A stretch of 64,000 nt of DNA from an uncultured Chloroflexota bacterium (GTDB lineage Bacteria; Chloroflexota; Dehalococcoidia; Lucifugimonadales; CAJXCD01): positions 96,341 through 160,340 of the forward strand of contig CAJXCD010000003.1 of assembly GCA_913051545.1 (NCBI GenBank). The letters run 5' to 3'. The first letter of the stretch is position 1; the number at the start of each line of letters is the position of its first letter. Below are positions 47,562-55,659 of this stretch, piece by piece. The notes under the pieces are model-generated. The model was given only the letters and a program-made list of their open reading frames with translations. It ran no database searches and was not told where the DNA came from. Made by a program: the position numbers and the translations under genes.

Positions 47562-49136
47562 TTAAGGCACCGCACGACCCGCCAAAACACCCGTGCAATG
47601 TTCATTATCTACTGCCAGTTGACCATTAACAATCACGTACGGTATTCCAATCGGAAATTGGCACGGATCGTCGTATGTAGCAGTATCAATTACCCTGTCC
47701 GAATCAAAAATAACTAAGTCAGCATACCAGCCTTTCTCAATCCTTCCTCTTTTAGTTATTCCAAACCTTCTAGCTGGTCTGTCAGTCATCCGATGAATTG
47801 TTTGTTCCAAAGACAAACCACCAAATTTTCGCCTCAACCTACCCAAAAATCTAGGGAATGCCCCATAAGACCTAGGATGAGGAAAAGTCCCGGCTGGAGT
47901 AATATCACTACACACCATGTAATCGGAACGTGAAAGTAACTCCATCGCATCACTACTAATCGCGTCCCAAATCGCCAGGCTATCTGGCGGACTACCCAAA
48001 TATCCTACCTTCAAATCATTCTCAGAAAGTACTGTACAGAGCGCTTCAGCACGAGATTCTCCCCTACCTCTGGCCACGTCGTTTAGAGACAGTCCCTCCA
48101 TATCTCGCCTAACTGCCAGATAGGTAAAAACAATCTCATCTAAATCGATTTCAGATTCAAAATGAGAAACAATCTTCTTTCGTTCTACAGGATCCGTAAG
48201 TTTAATCTTTATAGAATCAGGACCTCCGTCCTGAACATCACTTGGGATATAGCTAACAGGAATACTGCTACCAACAGGATATGGGTATATGTCGAGAGTA
48301 CAGTCCACACCCTCTGACTTTGCAATATCGACTAAGGCTGTCCTATCCTCAGGGCGTCCAGCTGTGGTAATTTCTGTACGAAAGTGGGAGATATGTAATT
48401 TAACTCCTGATACACGAGCTATCTCGAGTGCCTCCGCTACTCCATCCGATTTATAAGCTCGATCCAAATTGGCTTTTCGTGGTTCAGACATATATATTCC
48501 ACCAAATTCATTCACGGTTCCACATAATTCAATCAATTCATCTGTGGTAGCCCAAGGCCCAGGGTAATAACTTGAACCTGTCGAAAACCCAACAGCTCCT
48601 TGTTCTATACCTTCGATTACAAGACTTTTTGCCTTGTTCATGTCAGCGCCGCGCAAAGGGATATCCCTAAACCCCAATACTTCAAGCCTGACAGCACCGT
48701 GAGGAACGAGATAAGCTGTGTTAACAGACACTTTGCGGTCGTAATGTGACCTAAAGGACTCAACGGAACTCATATCTAAATCTAAAGGAGGATTACCCAA
48801 TAAACCCCCTAGCCAATGTCTATAAACTCTATAGTTGTCTTTTGATAAGGGTGCATACGACATACCATCTATTCCTAAGAATTCAGTCGTAATACCCTGT
48901 CTAATTCCATTGGCGTGCTGAGGATTAACCAGTAAATCCCCTTCCGAATGTGTGTGCGTGTCTATGAAGCCAGGGGACACTATCAAACCGGTCGCGTCTA
49001 TATTGAGCCGTGACTCTTGCCCGTCCAAATCTCCTATGTCACAAATCTTGTCATCAACCAATCCGACGTCGGCTGTAAAGCTTTGGGTCTCTGTTCCATC
49101 AACAACTAATCCACCAGATATAATTACGTCGAACAC
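47562..49136 (-). CDS. amidohydrolase family N-acyl-D-amino-acid deacylase (D-aminoacylase)-like protein
   Basis: 524 aa with an N-terminal beta-sandwich plus the metal motif GFIDTHTHSE. Length and C-terminal pattern are typical of D-aminoacylases. Confidence 0.8.
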   Translation of the reverse strand: MFDVIISGGLVVDGTETQSFTADVGLVDDKICDIGDLDGQESRLNIDATGLIVSPGFIDTHTHSEGDLLVNPQHANGIRQGITTEFLGIDGMSYAPLSKDNYRVYRHWLGGLLGNPPLDLDMSSVESFRSHYDRKVSVNTAYLVPHGAVRLEVLGFRDIPLRGADMNKAKSLVIEGIEQGAVGFSTGSSYYPGPWATTDELIELCGTVNEFGGIYMSEPRKANLDRAYKSDGVAEALEIARVSGVKLHISHFRTEITTAGRPEDRTALVDIAKSEGVDCTLDIYPYPVGSSIPVSYIPSDVQDGGPDSIKIKLTDPVERKKIVSHFESEIDLDEIVFTYLAVRRDMEGLSLNDVARGRGESRAEALCTVLSENDLKVGYLGSPPDSLAIWDAISSDAMELLSRSDYMVCSDITPAGTFPHPRSYGAFPRFLGRLRRKFGGLSLEQTIHRMTDRPARRFGITKRGRIEKGWYADLVIFDSDRVIDTATYDDPCQFPIGIPYVIVNGQLAVDNEHCTGVLAGRAVP

Positions 49137-49227
49137 TAGATAACTCCATATAAATTATAGATTTAACCACTGACTTAAAATCAATTATAATACTATACGT
49201 GCCAAGGTCTCAAAGGGTGTGATTTAC

Positions 49228-49734
49228 ATGGGAAATAAATCTCTGCAATTATCAGCCATTAGTGTACTGAAACAACTTCACATGAATGGAGTTACTCACA
49301 TCGTCTCCCTACCAGATACAGAAAGTAATTTTTTGCACACTCGTATTGATTCCGATCCTGATTTCAGCCTAATTAGTGTAGCTCGCGAGGGTGAGTGTGT
49401 CCCCATAGCAACAGGCTTGTGGATTGGAGGTCAAAAGCCAATCGTGATGATACAAAATACTGGGTTACTGGAATCAGGAGATTCTGTGAGAGGATTGGCA
49501 CTAGACGTCAACTTCCCATTGGTTATATTTGTTGGATATAGGGGATGGACTAGGAACGGCAAAATCAAAGACTCAGCAGCTATATTAACAGAACCTACGC
49601 TCAATGCCTGGGGGCTACAATACTACCTAGTAGAATCAGATTTGGATATATCAAAAATAACCGAGGCATTTAAACAAGCATATATGAAAAATCAACCAAT
49701 TGTATTACTGATTGGAGCTGAATACACTTCGTGA
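49228..49734 (+). CDS. thiamine-diphosphate enzyme PYR-domain-only protein (sulfopyruvate/phosphonopyruvate decarboxylase alpha-subunit-like)
   Basis: About 168 aa with VTHIVSLPDTESN...VAREGECVPIATGLWIGGQKPIVMIQNTGLLESGD, which resembles the ComD / Ppd N-terminal domain. The ATG at 49228 has an AAGGGTG SD. No beta (PP-domain) gene follows. Confidence 0.65.
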   Translation: MGNKSLQLSAISVLKQLHMNGVTHIVSLPDTESNFLHTRIDSDPDFSLISVAREGECVPIATGLWIGGQKPIVMIQNTGLLESGDSVRGLALDVNFPLVIFVGYRGWTRNGKIKDSAAILTEPTLNAWGLQYYLVESDLDISKITEAFKQAYMKNQPIVLLIGAEYTS

Positions 49735-49766
49735 ATACAATTAAGTAGCGTAAGATTCCATATGAG

Positions 49767-50216
49767 TTACGCCTTATTTTCAATATCTATGACTTTCCCG
49801 AGACGGCGCTTATGCCTCTCAACACCACTGAATTTTGCCGATAGAAACACCCTGATTAGTTCCTTGGCAAGCTCATTTTCGATTATCCTAGCCCCTAAAC
49901 ATATAATGTTCATATCATCGTGCTCAACACCTTGACGTGCAGAATATTCATCGTGACAAACACTCGCACGGACTCCTGGCACTTTGTTAGCGGCAATACT
50001 GGCACCCACCCCACTACCACATAACAACACTCCTTTACTGGCTAATCCTTCTGAAACCGATCCTGCCACTGCTTCAGCAAAATCAGGGTAATCGTCATCT
50101 GGTTGATACTTAAATGCTCCATGGTCCAAAACCTCATGGCCTAAGGACTCGATCTCCTGTACCAGAGTATCCTTCAAATCAAAACCGCCGTGATCTGTAC
50201 CAAATGCTACCTGCAA
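49767..50216 (-). CDS. rpiB: ribose-5-phosphate isomerase B / sugar-phosphate isomerase RpiB-LacAB family
   Basis: 149 aa with FGTDHGGFDLKD and LLCGSGVGASIAANK, which contains the catalytic Cys. TTG start. Confidence 0.9.
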   Translation of the reverse strand: MQVAFGTDHGGFDLKDTLVQEIESLGHEVLDHGAFKYQPDDDYPDFAEAVAGSVSEGLASKGVLLCGSGVGASIAANKVPGVRASVCHDEYSARQGVEHDDMNIICLGARIIENELAKELIRVFLSAKFSGVERHKRRLGKVIDIENKA

Positions 50217-50364
50217 ATATCAACTCCCAAAATAATATTATTGGGACACAGCTTATCACAACCTAACAGTGCAGTGGCCAAGAAACCAAGAATGGAATAA
50301 ATCACTGAGATATGTGCAAAATGATTGAAAGTCAGGTATTTACAACAAGAAAAATATTGGTATC

Positions 50365-51135
50365 CTACTGAGCTGTGTACCCTCCATCGACCACTAGAGG
50401 CGCACCGGTTACAAATGTTGATTCATCTGATGCCAAATATAACGCCGCGTAAGCTATCTCTTCCGGTTTGCCTAACCGACCAATAGGATGTCTAGATACT
50501 AGCTCCCTCATCACATCTTTGTCGCTCATCATACCTTCAATTAAACTCGTTTCCACATACCCTGGGCACAAACAATTTACCCGAATTTTTTCCTTAGCAG
50601 CTTCGATAGCTAAATTTCTCGTAAATTGCAGCACTCCTCCTTTCGACGGGGGATATGGACCTAATCCAGAACCAGCTGCTCCCTGATAACCGACTAAAGA
50701 CATTATAGAAGCGAGATTAATGATCGATCCGCCACCACCTGCACTCATGTATGGCAAAGCGTACTTTGAAACTTGATAGGTCCCCTTAAGATTAACCTCC
50801 ATTACCCTATCCCATATGTCCTCTTCTATAGCTTCATTGCCTAAAGCATTCCTTGCACTAACACCAGCGCTATTTACTAGTATATCTAGTCGTCCAAATC
50901 TTTCGACTGTAACTTCAACCATCCTTTTAGCGTCATCACTTATAGAGACATCTCCGGTCAATGCCAAAGATTCTCCTCCACATTCGATAATTTCATTTGA
51001 GATTTCGAATACAGCATCACACTGGAAGTCTGAAATGGAAACTTGAGCACCATGATAGGCAAATAGAGAGGCGCAAGCACGCCCTATACCAGAACCGCCT
51101 CCAGTTACCAAAGCTACCTTGCCTGACAGTCGCAT
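50365..51135 (-). CDS. SDR family oxidoreductase
   Basis: 256 aa with VTGGGSGIGRA, NSAG and the catalytic YPPSKGG. Confidence 0.88.
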   Translation of the reverse strand: MRLSGKVALVTGGGSGIGRACASLFAYHGAQVSISDFQCDAVFEISNEIIECGGESLALTGDVSISDDAKRMVEVTVERFGRLDILVNSAGVSARNALGNEAIEEDIWDRVMEVNLKGTYQVSKYALPYMSAGGGGSIINLASIMSLVGYQGAAGSGLGPYPPSKGGVLQFTRNLAIEAAKEKIRVNCLCPGYVETSLIEGMMSDKDVMRELVSRHPIGRLGKPEEIAYAALYLASDESTFVTGAPLVVDGGYTAQ

Positions 51136-51180
51136 TACATGTTCAACCCAAACCTAATAAAATAAGTATTGGTGATTAAA

Positions 51181-51648
51181 CTAGTCACTTATCTGCACTA
51201 TGGCTTCAATTTCAACTGGAATATCAAAAGGCAAACCGCTCATACCCACAGCAGACCTAGCATGTTTGCCCTTATCTCCAAATACTTCAACCAATAGGTC
51301 TGAACAACCATTTATAACTGCCGGGTGATCCGTAAATTGGAGACCTGAGTTAACCATACCGAGTAGCTTAATTACTCGCTCGACTCGGTCAAGATCACCC
51401 AATTCTTGTTTAAGTCTACCGATTAAACTTAAACCAGTTAAACGAGCTGCTTCGTACCCTTCCTCAACTGTAAGATCATCACCAACTTTACCAACCAAAG
51501 AAGTCCCATCTGATCTTTGAGCTGGACCCAATCCGGAAAGGTAAAGCAGATTCCCGGTTTGAACCGCTGGAACGTAATTAGCTACTGGGTCAGGAGCCAC
51601 TGGCAAATCTATGCCCATTTGCGCCAATTTGTTTTCGATTGATCCCAA
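51181..51648 (-). CDS. RidA/YjgF/RutC family protein
   Basis: 155 aa with GNLLYLSG ... RSAVGMSGLPFDIPVEIEAI, typical of the YjgF fold. Confidence 0.85.
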   Translation of the reverse strand: MGSIENKLAQMGIDLPVAPDPVANYVPAVQTGNLLYLSGLGPAQRSDGTSLVGKVGDDLTVEEGYEAARLTGLSLIGRLKQELGDLDRVERVIKLLGMVNSGLQFTDHPAVINGCSDLLVEVFGDKGKHARSAVGMSGLPFDIPVEIEAIVQISD

Positions 51649-51727
51649 TTTACTACCTCCACATTGCCAAGATTTCTACTTATTCTAGTGTATATATCTT
51701 CTTTTTGTATACCACGTAATCAGAACC

Positions 51728-52756
51728 TCATACAATCGTGAGAATGTTAGCCGGATTTCCTACAAGCATTTTATTCAGGTCTTTATTCGATATTCCAGAC
51801 TCATTCATTCTCGGCACAATATTGTTGAGGATATGTGCATATCCATAACCACCATATCTAGACAGAAAATGTTTTCCCCAAATATCTTGAGCCAAAACTA
51901 CCTGTCCAGAATACCCCATATTTACCAAATTTTTCACCCAATTTATACGCTGGCCATCATTTGGCATGTCAAGATCTGAAAATGGGTAAAACGAGGTCTC
52001 CCAACCAAACAGATCATATTCCAAGTAACAACCACTCTCCGCTAACTCCACAACTTTCTTCAAGTCATGAATAGTTCGGTCCAAATGACCCATTACAACG
52101 CGGTTCAAATCTCCTCCCGATCCTGATATCAAATCCAAAATCTCAAAAGGAGCAGACTCATTACGTCCTGGGTGTATCAATATAGATGCTCCTGTTTCCT
52201 TCTGAGCCATTGACGATGCAATTAACACTTTTTTCTCATTTGCAGTCAACGGCCACGTACAACCTATTTCACCAATTATGCCCGCCTTAATACCTGTATC
52301 CTCAACACCAAATGTCAATTCTTCAATAATCTGATCAGCCAACATATCTACTGATTTCTCATCCATTGTGTCTGGATGCACTGCATCAACATAGTATCCT
52401 GCCCCCATAACCACATTAACACTAGTAGCTCTGGAAATTCTGGCTAACCCTAATGGATCCCTCCCAATACCTATGGTGGTAGCATCAATTATTGTGCCTC
52501 CACCAGCGCGTTTAAACAACCCTACTTCATTAATGATAGTCTGTTCATCAACTAATCGGAGATTATCTAGGTTCCTGAAAGGATCATAACGAACCCAGCC
52601 TAGATTGGTTAAATCCACTGGCTCGTAAGCCAATTTAATCTCACTGGCAACCTTCGGTTCTCTAAACATGCAAACAAAATCAATTAATAAATGCTCGTGG
52701 GTACTAGTTTTACCTAAAGACTGTGGTGAAACTGGACCTAAAACAGTTTGAGCCAT
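51728..52756 (-). CDS. phosphotriesterase-related (PTE/PHP family) metal-dependent hydrolase, possible lactonase
   Basis: It has the HxH metal motif STHEHLLIDF and a TIM-barrel amidohydrolase pattern. I prefer the start at the ATG 52756 (MAQTVLGPV...) by family alignment. The ORF extends to a GTG at 52780. Confidence 0.82.
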   Translation of the reverse strand: MAQTVLGPVSPQSLGKTSTHEHLLIDFVCMFREPKVASEIKLAYEPVDLTNLGWVRYDPFRNLDNLRLVDEQTIINEVGLFKRAGGGTIIDATTIGIGRDPLGLARISRATSVNVVMGAGYYVDAVHPDTMDEKSVDMLADQIIEELTFGVEDTGIKAGIIGEIGCTWPLTANEKKVLIASSMAQKETGASILIHPGRNESAPFEILDLISGSGGDLNRVVMGHLDRTIHDLKKVVELAESGCYLEYDLFGWETSFYPFSDLDMPNDGQRINWVKNLVNMGYSGQVVLAQDIWGKHFLSRYGGYGYAHILNNIVPRMNESGISNKDLNKMLVGNPANILTIV

Positions 52757-52895
52757 GCCAACAGATTTACTTTTTGGCACCGAAACCTCCTAAATTTCCT
52801 CTATGCAAGTCTTATTTCAGCTGTGCTATTCTACAATAGTTTAGACAGCTATCAATATACTGAACAAAGATAGTCTAATTGGAACATTACAAAAT

Positions 52896-54641
52896 ATGTA
52901 CAAGATTTCTCTTATAGGCTTTGAAATCTGCACGTTGCATAATATCCAGCTCATACAAATAGCTGTGGTATTAACTTTAGCTTTTGGCTTTACAAGTGTA
53001 AGCTGCTATAAAGACGAAGCCCAAACTGAACTCTCTACTGATGTCAAACATAGAGGAGCCAGTTTACCATCCGGAGGAACATTCATAGATGTAACCCATA
53101 AAGCAGGCATCAAATTTATACACAGTGAATATCCAGATGAGTTTTTGGCTGTGGGGGCAGGCGTAGTAATCTTTGATTTTAATGGGGATAGACTAAACGA
53201 CATATTCCTGCCGAATTCTGATGGACCCAACTTTCTTTACAAAAATAATGGCGACTCAACATTTATAGAAGTGGCTAAACAATCCCAACTCGATGATCCA
53301 CTAGGACGTGGCAATGGAGGCTGCGTAGCTGACTACGACAATGATGGTGACCAAGATATGTATGCCACGAATTATGGGGGTAGCAAACTTTACAATAATA
53401 GTGGAGATGGTACATTTCATGATGTCACCGAACGGGCGGGACTGTTGCCAAATCGTGAAGATCTTAGAGACACAGGTTGCTCTTGGGGTGATTATAACCT
53501 CGATGGCAACATTGACCTGGTTGTAACCAGACACATTCCCGACCCGGATGTTGAACTACTTTTCCAACGCGTACAAGTTACTGCTGTAGGGGGAGTTTCA
53601 CTGTTCAGTAACCTCGGAAACGGCACGTTCATCGATGCAACACCCCTATTAGGAAACAGCATCACACCAAGAACCGGAATGTACGACATTAATCGAGGAA
53701 ATGTGTGGGGTGCAGGATTTCAACCAGGATGGATAGACTTAGACAATGATCACGATCCAGACCTGTATGTTGTAAACGATATGGGTGACAGGGTCCAACC
53801 TAACGTCCTCTGGCGAAATGATGGACTGGGTGAAAATGACATCTGGCAATTTTCTGACATATCAGAAATTTCAGGGGCTGGAACTCGAATTGATGGCATG
53901 GCTCTTGCTGTAGGCGACTATAATCTCGATGGCAATTTAGACTTATTCATGACTGATATTGGTACAAATGTACTCTTAGAAAATAGCGGTGACGGGTTAA
54001 CTTTTACAGACAAAACAGAAGAAGCTGAAGTAGGGGTAGGCAACATTGGTATCAGAGATAGAGTGACGTGGGGCGCAATGTTTTTCGACTATGATAACGA
54101 CGGACTAGAAGATTTATACGTAGTCAGCGGGCATCTTAGAATTCGTGGATTTACTGACAACTCTAACTATGAATTTGAACAACCAAACGTCTTACTTAAG
54201 AACACTGGCAACTCTAAGTTTAAGAATGTCTCCTTGGAAAGCGGGGCTGATGATGCGGGCGTGGGTAGAGGTGGGGCTTTCTTTGATTACAACAATGACG
54301 GCTGCCTAGATATTTTCGTTGTCAATTATGGACAACAAGCAAAATTATTTCAAAACCAGTGCATATACAATAATAATTGGATAATGCTTCACTTAGAAGG
54401 AACTCTGAGCAACAAAAACGGGATTGGAGCGAGGGTAGAAGTAACTACAGGCGAAGTAACTCAGATAAGAGAGATCTCAGGAGGGTCTAGCCATATGGGC
54501 CAAAATATGCCCGAAGCTCATTTCGGCATAGGCAACCACAAAATCATCGACTCCATAAAGGTTATGTGGCCTAGCGGGCATACTCAACTTATTTCTTTAT
54601 CAAGTGTTAACAAAAAAATATTAGTAAAAGAAGCAGAATAA
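52896..54641 (+). CDS. FG-GAP/VCBS repeat protein with C-terminal ASPIC/UnbV domain (CRTAC1-like), probable lipoprotein
   Basis: 581 aa with repeated D-x-D/N-x-D-G-x-x-D calcium-loop motifs (DFNGDRLNDIF, DYDNDGDQDMY, DYNLDGNIDLV, DYDNDGLEDLY, DYNNDGCLDIF). The C-terminus has NGIGARVEV...GGSSHMGQN. The signal peptide ends in FTSVSC. Confidence 0.8.
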   Translation: MYKISLIGFEICTLHNIQLIQIAVVLTLAFGFTSVSCYKDEAQTELSTDVKHRGASLPSGGTFIDVTHKAGIKFIHSEYPDEFLAVGAGVVIFDFNGDRLNDIFLPNSDGPNFLYKNNGDSTFIEVAKQSQLDDPLGRGNGGCVADYDNDGDQDMYATNYGGSKLYNNSGDGTFHDVTERAGLLPNREDLRDTGCSWGDYNLDGNIDLVVTRHIPDPDVELLFQRVQVTAVGGVSLFSNLGNGTFIDATPLLGNSITPRTGMYDINRGNVWGAGFQPGWIDLDNDHDPDLYVVNDMGDRVQPNVLWRNDGLGENDIWQFSDISEISGAGTRIDGMALAVGDYNLDGNLDLFMTDIGTNVLLENSGDGLTFTDKTEEAEVGVGNIGIRDRVTWGAMFFDYDNDGLEDLYVVSGHLRIRGFTDNSNYEFEQPNVLLKNTGNSKFKNVSLESGADDAGVGRGGAFFDYNNDGCLDIFVVNYGQQAKLFQNQCIYNNNWIMLHLEGTLSNKNGIGARVEVTTGEVTQIREISGGSSHMGQNMPEAHFGIGNHKIIDSIKVMWPSGHTQLISLSSVNKKILVKEAE

Positions 54642-54687
54642 AACAGGATCGTACTTAATTTCCGATAAACGTACAATGCGTCCTAAG

Positions 54688-55659
54688 CTAGCGACTCTCA
54701 AGTTCATCTCTAGTCAATAGCAAGTTATTTATGTCTCTATCCAAGAAATAGTATATGTATGGACTATCAGAGGTTTTGCCCCAATAACCACCATCACTAT
54801 CCTCAATAACAAGCAGAAGTGATGATGAATACTGTGAATCAGGCTTGGTCACGATCGTAACAGTTATATCTGGTTTAGAAAAATCTAGTCCGTCTATCTG
54901 CTCCTCAGTAGGGAAATCTCGGGCAACTAACATCTCGATGTTTTTTAACATGTCCTGCACCAGCGCTATATTAGCACGCACCCTGTCATCCCCACTGCCT
55001 ACCATCCACACTGAATCCATAACCTGAACATCGAATTGACCTCCGGGATCAGCAAAGGACACTGCAGCTACGTCCTCCCTTGGAATCTGTATGACAATTG
55101 GGTCCTTCCAATACCTAGAGCGGGCGTCAAATTGTTGCGGAAATTGACAGGCAACTCCATAAACTTCGTCCTGCTCTATCTTCCTTATAAAACATGTCCG
55201 CACGTAAACATCCCAGAGAAAGAAAGCTGTCTCAGCAGACTTTCCAACAAATTGTTTGTCACCCACCAAGAACTCTTCTTGCAATTCTCCGCTCTTCCAA
55301 TATTGAACCAATGTGGCAAACTCTTGAGAAACACCCATTTCTTTGTGATTTTTAGGGTTTGTAGCAATTAGCTCTGAGCCTTCGATATCACCAGATACAC
55401 CCCAAAAATCTGTAAGTTTTGTCTGGACAACAGGATAGTTATCACTCCACCATGTCCCATCTTCTCGCTTTATCAGGGTAACCTCATTTTCCCAATCACG
55501 CATCACTACCATATCAATGTTCTCAGGTGTTAGGGTACGGAGTCCAGTTAAGACAGGAAGTTCTGAATCTGTAACTGTAGCAGCCACGCGACTACCTAAA
55601 CCCACAATGCCAATAATTATTACTGCTATAAGGACGTATCCTAACTGTTTACCTTTCAC
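54688..55659 (-). CDS. DUF4340-like membrane-anchored protein (accessory to GldG-type ABC systems)
   Basis: 323 aa with an N-terminal TM anchor (YVLIAVIIIGIVGLG) and then a soluble domain. It overlaps the upstream GldF-GldG gene by 11 nt. The family call rests on context and size. Confidence 0.55.
   Translation of the reverse strand: MKGKQLGYVLIAVIIIGIVGLGSRVAATVTDSELPVLTGLRTLTPENIDMVVMRDWENEVTLIKREDGTWWSDNYPVVQTKLTDFWGVSGDIEGSELIATNPKNHKEMGVSQEFATLVQYWKSGELQEEFLVGDKQFVGKSAETAFFLWDVYVRTCFIRKIEQDEVYGVACQFPQQFDARSRYWKDPIVIQIPREDVAAVSFADPGGQFDVQVMDSVWMVGSGDDRVRANIALVQDMLKNIEMLVARDFPTEEQIDGLDFSKPDITVTIVTKPDSQYSSSLLLVIEDSDGGYWGKTSDSPYIYYFLDRDINNLLLTRDELESR

Noticed and set aside
49732-49900. Possible selenocysteine read-through of the TGA that ends the ComD-like ORF, considered because selD is present.
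   Set aside because: Translation beyond the TGA gives non-protein-like sequence that is simply the antisense of rpiB. There is no SECIS-like hairpin immediately downstream.
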